From Beijerinckiaceae bacterium (GTDB lineage: Bacteria; Pseudomonadota; Alphaproteobacteria; Rhizobiales; Beijerinckiaceae), in NCBI GenBank assembly GCA_947478405.1, contig CANJVX010000005.1:2255-66254 (forward strand): a stretch of DNA of 64,000 nucleotides, in the 5' to 3' direction. Both the position numbers and the translations under genes were made by a program. The notes below the pieces were generated by a model. The model worked only from the letters and a program-made list of their open reading frames with translations, ran no database searches and was not told the origin of the DNA. Positions 1 to 8,813 of this stretch are shown here, piece after piece; the first letter of the stretch is position 1; the number at the start of each line of letters is the position of its first letter.

Positions 1-621
1 GCGGGCATTGGCGTGCCTTTCGTCACTGCGATTGAAGGCTTCCGCCGCGCGGGCATGCCGAAAGGGGGCGATACTGTTCTCGTCATGGGCGTGAATGGCA
101 AAGTAGGGCAGGCGGCGGCTCAAATTGCCACTTGGCAAGGTGCACACGTGATTGGTGTTGTGCGCAAGACCGAGCCATATGCGGGTTTCTCGTCTGCGCC
201 TATCGAAATCGTCGACAAGTCGAAAGGCGATGTCGCCACACAAGTGCGCGACATGACCGGCGGCAAGGGTGCTGATATTGTCTACAACACAGTCGGCGAC
301 CCCTATTTTCAGGACGCGCATAAGGCGCTGGCCATTCTTGGCCGCCAAATCCTGATCGCAGCTATCGAAAAGATCGTTCAATTCAACATTTTCGAATTTT
401 ATCGCGGCCGCCACACTTATGTGGGCATCGACTCGCTCGCACTGAATTCAGTGGCAACAGGTGCCGTGCTTCGCGAACTCGGTCCCGGCTTTGCCGCCGG
501 CAAACTGAAGCCCTTCCCGATTGAAGAGCGCGCCATCTATGCACTCAATGATGCGGCATCGGCCTATGTCGCTGTCATGGGGTCGGCGCGCGATCGCGTG
601 ATTTTCGATCCGACGCGCTAA
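1..621 (+). CDS. MDR-family NAD(P)H:quinone oxidoreductase / Zn-alcohol-dehydrogenase-like protein, C-terminal part (5' end outside window)
   Basis: Frame is open from nt 1 (the listed start at 13 is an internal GTG). Nucleotide-binding fold GDTVLVMGVNGKVGQAAAQIATWQGAHVIGV is typical of MDR quinone reductases. TAA at 619-621. Confidence 0.7.
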   Translation, partial: AGIGVPFVTAIEGFRRAGMPKGGDTVLVMGVNGKVGQAAAQIATWQGAHVIGVVRKTEPYAGFSSAPIEIVDKSKGDVATQVRDMTGGKGADIVYNTVGDPYFQDAHKALAILGRQILIAAIEKIVQFNIFEFYRGRHTYVGIDSLALNSVATGAVLRELGPGFAAGKLKPFPIEERAIYALNDAASAYVAVMGSARDRVIFDPTR

Positions 622-633
622 GGAGGCTGCCCA

Positions 634-984
634 ATGCATGTGACGCGCTTTTCGGAAGCTCCCGCTTATTATCCCGCCGCCCATTACGACATGCGCTGCC
701 TGCGCTTGCAGGGGCGTGAGGCGGGCCCGTCTTCGCAAATGTGGCTCGGCATGTCGCAAATCCTGCCCGGCGGACACACGGATCCCGATGCCTCGCCCAT
801 GGAGAAAATCTATTTTATCGTGGAAGGTGAACTCACGATTGAAACACCGGAGGGCGAAGTGGCTCTGCAACCGCATGATTCCTGCCGGATTGCACCCGGT
901 GAATCGCGCACTTTGAAGAACAAAACCAATAGACCGGTCATGGTTGTGCTCGCCATGGCCTTAGAGCCAGCCAAGGCGGCATGA
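634..984 (+). CDS. cupin domain-containing protein
   Basis: ATG 634 lies about 8 nt after AGGAGG (621-626). Single cupin barrel pattern KIYFIVEGELTIETPEGEVALQPHDSCRIAPGESRTLKN. 116 aa. Confidence 0.65.
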   Translation: MHVTRFSEAPAYYPAAHYDMRCLRLQGREAGPSSQMWLGMSQILPGGHTDPDASPMEKIYFIVEGELTIETPEGEVALQPHDSCRIAPGESRTLKNKTNRPVMVVLAMALEPAKAA

Positions 985-1017
985 GCCAGATGAAACGTCA
1001 CAAGGGGAAGAAACGTC

Positions 1018-2022
1018 ATGATACGTAAGATCGCTACAGCACTCGGCCTGGCTGCCGCCCTGCTCGCCGCCCCACAGGCTGCGCATGCACAAAGTGAAAC
1101 CAAGATCGGCATCGGCTTTGGCATTGGCTTTCTGCCGATGTTCATCGTCGATGACATGAAGCTCCTTGAAAAACACGCGAAAGCTGCAGGCATCGACACG
1201 AAAGCGACCTACCAGCGCTTCTCGGGCTCGGCCGCCATGCAGGATGCTGTATTGTCGGGCTCGGTGGATGTCGGCGTCTATGGCATCGCCGCCATGCTGA
1301 TCGCTTGGGACAAGGCGCGCAATTCGCCGCAACAGATCTTCGGGATTGCAGGAGTAAATTCCTCGCCGCTCGTGCTGGTATCAAACAAGCTTGATGCCAA
1401 GTCGGTTGAAGATCTCGCACCGACCGACAAGATCGCCATGCCGGCACTCGTCTCACCGCAAATGTATGCGCTGCAGATGATCGCCGAAAAGCGCTTTGGC
1501 AAAGGCAATCAGGACAAGATGAAGCCGCAGGTTGTGGCCCTGCCTCATCCTGAAGCCCTCAATGCCATGCTGACGGGTGGCACAGAAGTGAAAGCCTATT
1601 TCGCCACACCGCCCTTCACGCAACTCGTGCTGGATAGCGGCAAGGCGAAGGTGCTCACCTCGTCTGAAGAAGCCTTTGGTGGTCGCTCGACCTTCTTGGC
1701 CGCCGGCGCCACGAAGAAATGGATCGATGCCAATCCGAAAATGGCGGGCGTACTGATCAAGGCAATCGAAGAAGCCAATGACGTGATCCGCAAAGACCCC
1801 GCCAAGGCAGCCGCGATCTACCTCAAGGTTGAGCCCTCCAAACTGCTGGATGAGGCCAAGGTCACCGCCATGCTGAAAGCCATGCCCAATGATTTCGGCG
1901 TCGCGCTGCATGGTGTGAAGACGCTATCCGATTTCATGGGCCGCACGGGTGGTCTCAAAAACATTCCTGCCAAATGGCAGGATGTAGTGGTGCCGGAACT
2001 CGCCAATTCAGCGAGTAACTAA
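1018..2022 (+). CDS. ABC transporter substrate-binding protein, NitT/TauT (NMT1/SsuA-like) family
   Basis: Signal peptide MIRKIATALGLAAALLAAPQAAHA. Type-2 periplasmic binding protein pattern. Followed by the cognate ATPase and permease. Confidence 0.75.
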   Translation: MIRKIATALGLAAALLAAPQAAHAQSETKIGIGFGIGFLPMFIVDDMKLLEKHAKAAGIDTKATYQRFSGSAAMQDAVLSGSVDVGVYGIAAMLIAWDKARNSPQQIFGIAGVNSSPLVLVSNKLDAKSVEDLAPTDKIAMPALVSPQMYALQMIAEKRFGKGNQDKMKPQVVALPHPEALNAMLTGGTEVKAYFATPPFTQLVLDSGKAKVLTSSEEAFGGRSTFLAAGATKKWIDANPKMAGVLIKAIEEANDVIRKDPAKAAAIYLKVEPSKLLDEAKVTAMLKAMPNDFGVALHGVKTLSDFMGRTGGLKNIPAKWQDVVVPELANSASN

Positions 2023-2029
2023 AACAAAG

Positions 2030-2061
2030 GGCCGCCCCTGACACTGGGGCGGCCTTATTTT
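2030..2061 (+). terminator. intra-operon hairpin plus U-tract after the binding-protein gene (partial terminator/attenuator)
   Basis: Perfect 9-bp GC stem GGCCGCCCC (2030-2038) / GGGGCGGCC (2046-2054) with a 7-nt loop, followed by TTATTTT. Lies between the SBP stop and the ATPase start. Confidence 0.45.
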
Positions 2062-2070
2062 GAGAATGAA

Positions 2071-2880
2071 ATGGCTCTCATGATGGATCAAGCTTTGGCC
2101 CAAACCACATCCAGCTCGCCGCTGCTGAGTGTTGATGGCGTGACACTGCAATATAAAACGCCAGACCATCTGGTAACGGCGACCTATCGCATCAGCTTCG
2201 ATATTCAACGCCATGAGCGTTTTGTTTTGCTGGGCCCCTCGGGCTGTGGCAAATCCACCATTCTCAAAGCTATGGCTGGCTTTCTGTACCCCGTGGAAGG
2301 GTGCATCACGCTAAAGAATCACGTGGTGGATGGCCCCGGCCCCGACCGCATGATGGTCTTTCAGGAATTTGATCAATTGCTGCCGTGGAAAACGGTTGAA
2401 CAAAATGTGGCCTATCCGATGCGCGTCAATGGCATTGGCGCACAAGATGCCAAAGCACGCGCGCTCGATGCGCTGGCCAAAGTAAACCTGTCGAAATTTG
2501 CCGACGCCTATCCGCATATGCTGTCGGGCGGCATGAAGCAGCGCGTCGCCATCGCGCGCGCCATGGCGATGAAACCCGATGTGCTGTTGATGGATGAGCC
2601 CTATGCCGCGCTTGATGCGCTCACCCGCCGCAAAATGCAGGAAGAGCTGCTGCAACTCTGGGAGGACATTGGCTTTACATTGGTTTTTGTCACCCATTCC
2701 ATCGAAGAGGCCGTGGTGATTGGCTCGCGCATTGTGCTGCTCTCGCCCCATCCGGGCCAAGTGCGCGCGGAGATCAATTGCGCACATCTGGGCCTAAATG
2801 AACGTGCAAGTCCTGAATTTGCAGAGCTTACGGGGCGCATTTCGCATATGCTCTTCGATGGCCAAAATGTTGCGCATTGA
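2071..2880 (+). CDS. ABC transporter ATP-binding protein (NitT/TauT family)
   Basis: Walker A GPSGCGKST, signature LSGGMKQRVAIARA, Walker B LLMDEP. Confidence 0.9.
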   Translation: MALMMDQALAQTTSSSPLLSVDGVTLQYKTPDHLVTATYRISFDIQRHERFVLLGPSGCGKSTILKAMAGFLYPVEGCITLKNHVVDGPGPDRMMVFQEFDQLLPWKTVEQNVAYPMRVNGIGAQDAKARALDALAKVNLSKFADAYPHMLSGGMKQRVAIARAMAMKPDVLLMDEPYAALDALTRRKMQEELLQLWEDIGFTLVFVTHSIEEAVVIGSRIVLLSPHPGQVRAEINCAHLGLNERASPEFAELTGRISHMLFDGQNVAH

Positions 2881-2890
2881 GGGGCATGAG

Positions 2891-3772
2891 ATGAGCCAGA
2901 CACGTTTCCCCCTGCCACTGCGCCCCGAAGTCGAATTTGACGTCAAAGCGCCCAAAGAGCTCGGAGATGTCGCCAAGCCACTCTCCTTCTTTGAAAAACT
3001 CGCAGCCAATGGCGCGGTGCGGCACGGCGTGATTTTGATTGTCGTGGCGCTGATCTGGGAGATTTACGCGCGCTACCTTGATCGCCCATTGTCTTTCCCG
3101 ACCTTCCTAGACACGCTGGAAGCCCTGCGTGATGGCTTTGCCTCCGGCGTCATCCCCGCACGCCTGTCTGTCACCTTGCAGACTTTGGTGATTGGCTATT
3201 TCATCGGCCTCACCATTGCAGCTGTCCTCACCACTGTTGCTGTGACCAGCCGCATCGGCACCGATCTGCTTTCGACCTTTACCGCCATGTTCAATCCACT
3301 GCCCGCTATTGCGCTTCTGCCGCTGGCGCTGTTGTGGTTTGGCCTTGGTCGCCCTTCGCTTGTTTTCGTCATCGTCCATTCCGTGCTCTGGGCGGTTGCG
3401 CTCAACATGCATTCGGGTTTTCTCTCTGTGTCCGAGACTTTGCGCATGGCGGGGCGCACCTTTGGCCTAAAGGGCTTACGCTTTGTGTTTGGTATTCTGA
3501 TTCCGGCTGCATTCCCTGCCATTCTGGCGGGTCTTAAAATCGGCTGGGCCTTTGCCTGGCGTACATTGATTGCAGCCGAACTCGTCTTTGGCGTGTCGTC
3601 GGGCCAGGGCGGCCTAGGATGGTATATTTTTGAAAAGCGCAACACGCTCGATACGGCATCGGTCTTTGCAGGCCTGCTCACCGTCATGGCGGTCGGCCTC
3701 ATTATTGAAGCGGTGATCTTCCGTCTCATCGAAGCCAAAACCGTGCGGCGCTGGGGCATGCAGCGGGGCTGA
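2891..3772 (+). CDS. ABC transporter permease (NitT/TauT family)
   Basis: ATG 2891 follows the ATPase stop (2878-2880). Multi-TM protein with an EAA-type loop SETLRMAGRTFGLKGLRFVFGILIPAAFPAILAGLKIG. The listed start at 2798 would overlap the ATPase by about 80 nt. Confidence 0.85.
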   Translation: MSQTRFPLPLRPEVEFDVKAPKELGDVAKPLSFFEKLAANGAVRHGVILIVVALIWEIYARYLDRPLSFPTFLDTLEALRDGFASGVIPARLSVTLQTLVIGYFIGLTIAAVLTTVAVTSRIGTDLLSTFTAMFNPLPAIALLPLALLWFGLGRPSLVFVIVHSVLWAVALNMHSGFLSVSETLRMAGRTFGLKGLRFVFGILIPAAFPAILAGLKIGWAFAWRTLIAAELVFGVSSGQGGLGWYIFEKRNTLDTASVFAGLLTVMAVGLIIEAVIFRLIEAKTVRRWGMQRG

Positions 3773-3821
3773 AAGATCAATCATAAAAACGAGCTCAAAA
3801 GAGCCGTCACCTTCGGAGGAG

Positions 3822-4823
3822 ATGAACATGGTGAGCATGAAACTTCTGCGTTCAACACTGGTGGCGGGCTTCGCGCTCTCCACCTGTATTTCGGCATCCG
3901 CCGCTGAATTCAAAGTGGTCGCCTTTGCAGGCGCATCAAACTGGCCGTTCTGGATTGGTCAGGAAAAGGGCTTTTTCAAAAACAACAATGTCGAGCCTGT
4001 TCTCGACATCACGCCCAATTCGGTCGAAATGGCGAAGAACCTCTACAATGGCAAATATGATCTGGCCTTAACGGCCATCGACAATATCATTGCGTATAAT
4101 GAGGGCCAGGGCGAGACGACGGATGTGCCTGCCAATGCAGGCTTTGTTGCGCTCTTTGGCATCGACAACGGCATGCTGAGCGTCATGGCCAAATCTGACA
4201 TCACCTCGCTCAACGAGCTCAAAGGCAAAACCTTTTCGGTGGATGCCATGACCACCGGCTTTGCATTCGTGCAGCGCGAAATGCTGAAGAAAAACGGCAT
4301 GACCGACGCTGATGTGAAATGGGTGAAGGTTGGCGGCGGGGCCCAGCGTCTCGAGGCATTGCTGAAAGGCGAGCAGGACGCCACATTGCTCAACGCGCCG
4401 CTTGATCTCGTCGCAGAAGCCAAGGGCTTCAAACGCCTGATCCGCGCGACCGAGGAATTGGGTGCCTATCAAGGCATTGTCGGCGCAGCCAAGCGCGACA
4501 ATGCCGAAAAAAATCGCACCCAGATCATCGCCTTCATCAAGGGCTTTAAAGAATCCGTAGGCTGGCTGGTTGACCCCGCCAATAAAGAAGAAGCGCTGAC
4601 CCTTTTCCTCGCTCGCATGAAAGGCATGGAACGCCCGGCTGCTGAAAAAGCCTATGCCGTGCTGACTGATTCCAAAGGCGGCATTTATCGCGACCTCAAA
4701 ATCAATGCAGACGGCTTGAAAATGGTTATGCGACTGCGCTCTGATTATGCGGAGCCTAAAAAGAGCCTTACGGATGCCTCCCGGTATATGGACGGCAGCT
4801 ATCTGATGGAAGCCAATCAATAA
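3822..4823 (+). CDS. second NMT1/SsuA-like ABC substrate-binding protein
   Basis: Signal peptide ...LVAGFALSTCISASA, then a PBP2 pattern (FKVVAFAGASNWPFWIGQEKGFFKNNNVEPVLD). GGAGGAG sits directly before ATG 3822, so ATG 3828 is an equally good start. Confidence 0.75.
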   Translation: MNMVSMKLLRSTLVAGFALSTCISASAAEFKVVAFAGASNWPFWIGQEKGFFKNNNVEPVLDITPNSVEMAKNLYNGKYDLALTAIDNIIAYNEGQGETTDVPANAGFVALFGIDNGMLSVMAKSDITSLNELKGKTFSVDAMTTGFAFVQREMLKKNGMTDADVKWVKVGGGAQRLEALLKGEQDATLLNAPLDLVAEAKGFKRLIRATEELGAYQGIVGAAKRDNAEKNRTQIIAFIKGFKESVGWLVDPANKEEALTLFLARMKGMERPAAEKAYAVLTDSKGGIYRDLKINADGLKMVMRLRSDYAEPKKSLTDASRYMDGSYLMEANQ

Positions 4824-5254
4824 CCAAGGCTCCGTGTACAAATCAGACGGCACGCCAGAGATAAGTCTCTGGAGTGCTGCTCTTTTTATCACTTCCTGAT
4901 GGACAAGGTTTCTTCCAATGCTAGCGCCAGAACGGAATCGTTCATGTCGATAATTAAGCGGGTTGCGCTGCATTCAAAAGTGCCCGAAAAAAGCTTAGAA
5001 CTCGAGGTTTATGGCAAGCTCGCCAACACTCTGAGTGCATGCGAGGGCGCGCAAAAGCAAAAAATGCCCCGCGCATTTCTCCATCGGGACGCTTCTGAGT
5101 GGTTGCAGGGAGGCGCCATCTCCCCTACCCAAACTTTTTGAGTTCTGAGAAAGATCCGCACGCACCTTCGGTCAAGCGGCTTCATGACCGCTGAGATCTA
5201 ACATCGGTCTTGCATCACCAAACCCAAGCGCCTCAAAAGCTCGCAAGCCCTACA

Positions 5255-5890
5255 CTAGGGATGATCAGTTTTCAGGGGGCAGTGAAGGCCCGACAAACAT
5301 TCACGGACATTGCCCCCGACATTATCCCCACAAATAATGGCGCCCATAAGCGCCACCCCTGATGCGCCGGCGTTTAAAACTCGCTGAATATTTTCTGGTT
5401 GAATGCCCCCCAGCGCCAAGATCGGAATATCGAGCGCAGTGGCGGCTGAAAGTGCCGACAATCCAAGCTCTGGGCCATAACCAGGCTTACTTTGTGTTGC
5501 AAAGATAGGGCTCAGAGTGACATAATTCGCGCCGAAGCTTTTTGCTGCAAGCACATCAGCGAGTGAATGAGCGGATAGTCCAATTAGCGACTCCGCTCCG
5601 AGCTTTTCGCGCGCTGCCTTAACATCAGCCGACATCGAAAGATGAACTGAGCTCACGCCAACATCACATGCCAAATCCACATCTGCACCGATGCTGAGAA
5701 CCGCTCGGTTTCCAATCATCTTCTGAATTCGACGCGCGAGTTCAAACCGCTCCGCCCGCTCAAGATCCTTGTCACGAAACCAGACCCAGCCCGCACCTGC
5801 ATTTACTGCCTCATCAATCACATCGAGCAAATCGCGATGAGTGAGATGACGATTTGTAACAATCAGAAGAGGGCTTGGCAGCGGCGTCAT
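5255..5890 (-). CDS. thiE: thiamine-phosphate synthase
   Basis: 211 aa with a TMP-synthase pattern ([33 protein letters not shown]). 4-nt overlap with thiG. Last gene of thiO-S-G-E. Confidence 0.85.
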   Translation of the reverse strand: MTPLPSPLLIVTNRHLTHRDLLDVIDEAVNAGAGWVWFRDKDLERAERFELARRIQKMIGNRAVLSIGADVDLACDVGVSSVHLSMSADVKAAREKLGAESLIGLSAHSLADVLAAKSFGANYVTLSPIFATQSKPGYGPELGLSALSAATALDIPILALGGIQPENIQRVLNAGASGVALMGAIICGDNVGGNVRECLSGLHCPLKTDHP

Positions 5891-6654
5891 GAACCCACCA
5901 ATCCCATTTGTGGGCTTGAGGGCTCTGCACGCCCGCGCCGCGGTATGCGCCCAGCTCGATAGGCCAAGCGTCCGGACTGCACTGCATGTTTCATAGCACC
6001 CGCCATCAGTACAGGATCATCAGATTTGGCGACTGCCGTATTGAGCAAAACGGCCGATGCGCCAAGCTCCATTGCAATCACAGCATCTGATGCGGTTCCG
6101 ATACCAGCATCTACGATGACAGGGACCGGTGAGCGCTTGCAAATATGTTCGATGTTTGCGGGATTGGCGACGCCTAGCCCCGATCCGATCATCGAGCCCA
6201 TCGGCATGACGGCTGCAGCCCCGGCATCTGCCAGCCGCATGCACAAAACCGGATCATCATTGCAATAAGGCAAAACAACAAAACCCATATCAACGAGTTT
6301 TCTTGTGGCTTGTAGCAATTCACTGGTGTCGGGATAAAGTGTCTCACGATCACCAATCACCTCCAGCTTGATCCAGTTTGTCTCCAGGGCCTCTCGTGCA
6401 AGTTCAGCTGTGAGAATGGCATCACGGGCTGTTTCGCAACCTGCTGTATTTGGCAACAATCGATATTTCGACAGAAGGTCAACGGTATCTGTGCCATGCC
6501 CTTCCAGGGAAATCCGTCGGATCGAGACTGTGACCACCTCACATCCACTCACTTGAACTGCGTCACGCAGAATTGTTTGGCTTGGATAACCAGCTGTTCC
6601 GAGAAATAAACGTGAGTTCAGGGTCACGCCAGCAATCACAAATTCATCTTTCAT
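5887..6654 (-). CDS. thiG: thiazole synthase
   Basis: Hallmark motifs LLPNTAGC and [12 protein letters not shown]. 255 aa. Confidence 0.95.
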   Translation of the reverse strand: MKDEFVIAGVTLNSRLFLGTAGYPSQTILRDAVQVSGCEVVTVSIRRISLEGHGTDTVDLLSKYRLLPNTAGCETARDAILTAELAREALETNWIKLEVIGDRETLYPDTSELLQATRKLVDMGFVVLPYCNDDPVLCMRLADAGAAAVMPMGSMIGSGLGVANPANIEHICKRSPVPVIVDAGIGTASDAVIAMELGASAVLLNTAVAKSDDPVLMAGAMKHAVQSGRLAYRAGRIPRRGRAEPSSPQMGLVGS

Positions 6655-6655
6655 A

Positions 6656-6868
6656 TCAACCTCCCGACATCGCTCGCACGATTTCTATTTTATCGTTGGT
6701 GTTAATGGATGTTGTTGACCATTCACGCTTTGGGACGAGAGCACCATTTCGGGCGATGGCAAACCCTCGTGATGATTCAAGTTCACGCTCTGCCTGTTCC
6801 CAGCTCCAGAGATCCTGTATTGTTAGACAATCAATCTCTGTCTCTCTGCCGTTTAGATAGATTCTCAT
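6656..6868 (-). CDS. thiS: sulfur-carrier protein ThiS
   Basis: 70 aa ending in ...VRAMSGG (C-terminal GG). Lies between thiO and thiG. Start overlaps the thiO stop (TAATG). Confidence 0.85.
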   Translation of the reverse strand: MRIYLNGRETEIDCLTIQDLWSWEQAERELESSRGFAIARNGALVPKREWSTTSINTNDKIEIVRAMSGG

Positions 6869-8094
6869 TACGCGCTCCTGAAACGCTGAAGATTGAGATT
6901 TTGTGCAGATTGGGGTACGTCTTGCCCTAAGGCGTAAGCAACAAGAGCATCGGCAGTCGATGGTGCCAGCAAAATGCCATTGCGATGGTGACCAACCGCC
7001 AGCAGCAAGCCGGGCACTCCAGAGGCTCCGAGAATTGGTGCATCATCCTGTGATGTTGGACGAAAGCCAGACCAGACAGCCTCGAGCGCAATATCTTCGA
7101 GTGCCGGCAAGGCGCGACGCGACGCCTCCAGCAGGGCAAAGAGGCCACCAACGGTCACATCAGGATTAAAGCCTGCTTCCTCGACCGTCGCACCTACAAT
7201 CAATCGACCACCTGATTTTTGGGCCATATGCACCTGCTCCGTCCAGATAACGTGCTGCAGCAAGGGAGGATGTCTCTCAGGTATACGCAGGCAGATAGAC
7301 TGGCCGCGCAGGGGGCGAATTGGAATTTTAAGTGATTGAGGAAGAAATGATCTGCGGCCAGCGTCGGCGCCCGTTGTCACAATGACGAGAGGTGCACGAC
7401 ACTCACGCTTCCCTGAAATAATGCCATCAACAGCACCTGCTTGCATCACGAGACTATCGACTGACGCTTCTTCAATAATCGCTACACCAGCCCCACGCGC
7501 CGCCTTCTCAAGCGCTGGAATGAGACGCCGAGGATCAATCTGAAAATCGAGCGGACAAAAAATCCCAGCATTAACGGAGGGCCGTAGCCCATCCTCGAGC
7601 TCGCGCACAGCCTCTCCGCTCAGCCACTGCACTGACAGACCCGCTTTAGCCTGCATTTCAAAACGACTGCGTAGGCGCGCTGTTTCATCACGCGTCAAAG
7701 CGACGAGGAGTGTACCGCTCTTGTCAAAATCCAAATCCATTCCTGAGCCCTGCTCTAGCTCAGTCGAAAAGGTCTCCCAGCGCCGCTGGCTCTCAAGGGC
7801 AAATGCAATAAGGATTTCCCCACCAGCCTCATATTCAGCTGCAGCTGCCAACATGCCTGTGGCTGCAAGGCTGGCACCTGAGCCAATCCTGGCCTTTTCG
7901 ATCACCACAACTTTTTGCCCCACAAGCGCCAGTCGCCAGGCAATCGAGAGGCCTATGATTCCACCCCCCACTATGATGACATCCGCGCGGACGGGCAGAT
8001 CTTGTCCGGCCACCGGCACTGTGGTCGAACGCAACTCTTCAGGCGAAGACAGTCGCTGGCCAGCCAAGATTTCAATGGAGGTGTTCTGATACAT
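6868..8094 (-). CDS. thiO: FAD-dependent glycine oxidase ThiO
   Basis: FAD fold VIIVGGGIIGLSIAWRLA; DAO-family protein upstream of thiSGE. ATG 8094 is chosen because the listed TTG 8121 would fall at or within the riboswitch terminator. Confidence 0.8.
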   Translation of the reverse strand: MYQNTSIEILAGQRLSSPEELRSTTVPVAGQDLPVRADVIIVGGGIIGLSIAWRLALVGQKVVVIEKARIGSGASLAATGMLAAAAEYEAGGEILIAFALESQRRWETFSTELEQGSGMDLDFDKSGTLLVALTRDETARLRSRFEMQAKAGLSVQWLSGEAVRELEDGLRPSVNAGIFCPLDFQIDPRRLIPALEKAARGAGVAIIEEASVDSLVMQAGAVDGIISGKRECRAPLVIVTTGADAGRRSFLPQSLKIPIRPLRGQSICLRIPERHPPLLQHVIWTEQVHMAQKSGGRLIVGATVEEAGFNPDVTVGGLFALLEASRRALPALEDIALEAVWSGFRPTSQDDAPILGASGVPGLLLAVGHHRNGILLAPSTADALVAYALGQDVPQSAQNLNLQRFRSA

Positions 8095-8104
8095 GCCAAA
8101 GCTG

Positions 8105-8252
8105 CCAAAAAAAAGGCGCAACGGTCGCAGGTATCGAGAAAGGCTCCGATCCCTACGCCGGTGCTAACCGGGTCAGGTTCGAAGGATTTCCGCGCTGACA
8201 ATCTCGTTAAAAAGACTGTCCAGCGGTTTCTCAGCCTCTTGTCGAGGATCTC
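8105..8252 (-). promoter_or_regulatory. TPP (THI-box) riboswitch with intrinsic-terminator expression platform
   Basis: The minus-strand RNA reads GAUCCUCGACAAGAGGCUGAGAAA...GAACCUGACCCGGUUAGCACCGGCGUAGGGAUC. This matches the conserved CUGAGA and ACCUGA..GG.UA.U.CC.GCGUAGGGA cores. P1 is GAUCCU/AGGGAUC. It is followed by stem AGGGAUCG/CGAUACCU and U8 (A-run 8107-8114 on the + strand). Confidence 0.85.
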
Positions 8253-8813
8253 CCTGGAACACAATCTTGTTGGGCGAGGACATCCAACAAGTCAACCCCC
8301 CGAGACCTCTAATGCGGAAGCCCCCATTGCAGCTCAAAGCTCAATGACAGCCCGAATAATATACTTATCAATACTGATTAGGTCTGCGATAACTGCTTGC
8401 CAGCGCAGCTATGCGAAATCGCGATCTTGCAGAGCGCTTGATTTCTGAACCCGGCTTATGAATATTCTCACGATCTAAAGATCGCGCTTGAGGCTAGCGT
8501 AAGCGAAATTGACCCGCCGACTTTGTCTGTGGAGCATAGCTTCCCGAAGAAACCCGTGACACAATTCATGATCGAAACCTACACCAACATGACTTCCAAA
8601 GAGGCCCCCACCCCGTAGCCTTTCGCATACTTTCAAGTCAGCTGCACGCCTGATTAAATCAGCGATCCAGTTTTAATTACTTCATTCTATATTGACTTCG
8701 CCCGAACCACGGCCTCACACGCATTGAAAGTGGAGCCAGAGTACCAAACTATCTTGAGTGCTTCCCTCTACATAAGTGGGCGGCTAGTCCTAAAAAATGG
8801 AGAATGAGATACT

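Noticed and set aside
2798-2890. N-terminal extensions created by upstream TTG/GTG/ATG starts in the ORF track (2798, 8121, 19043, 21817, 27544, 28375, 29162, 45616, 46416, 48109, 50088, 52846, 55626, 57099, 58281, 60659, 61701).
   Set aside because: Downstream ATG or GTG starts have Shine-Dalgarno sequences or stop-start coupling. They also give proper signal peptides or family-typical N-termini and avoid long overlaps with the upstream gene.
4899-5141. 80-aa ORF in the 430-bp spacer between the second SBP gene and thiE.
   Set aside because: No RBS, no signal or domain features, third-position GC only moderate, and it sits in a compositionally atypical spacer. It cannot be supported as a gene. 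A weak hairpin (CCAGAGA-TAAG-TCTCTGG, 4855-4872) nearby lacks an adjacent U-tract, so I did not call it a terminator.
8170-8190. tRNA-like GGTTCGAA motif.
   Set aside because: It is the reverse complement of the GAACCUGA core of the TPP riboswitch, with no cloverleaf context. I saw no tRNA, rRNA or tmRNA signatures in any intergenic region.
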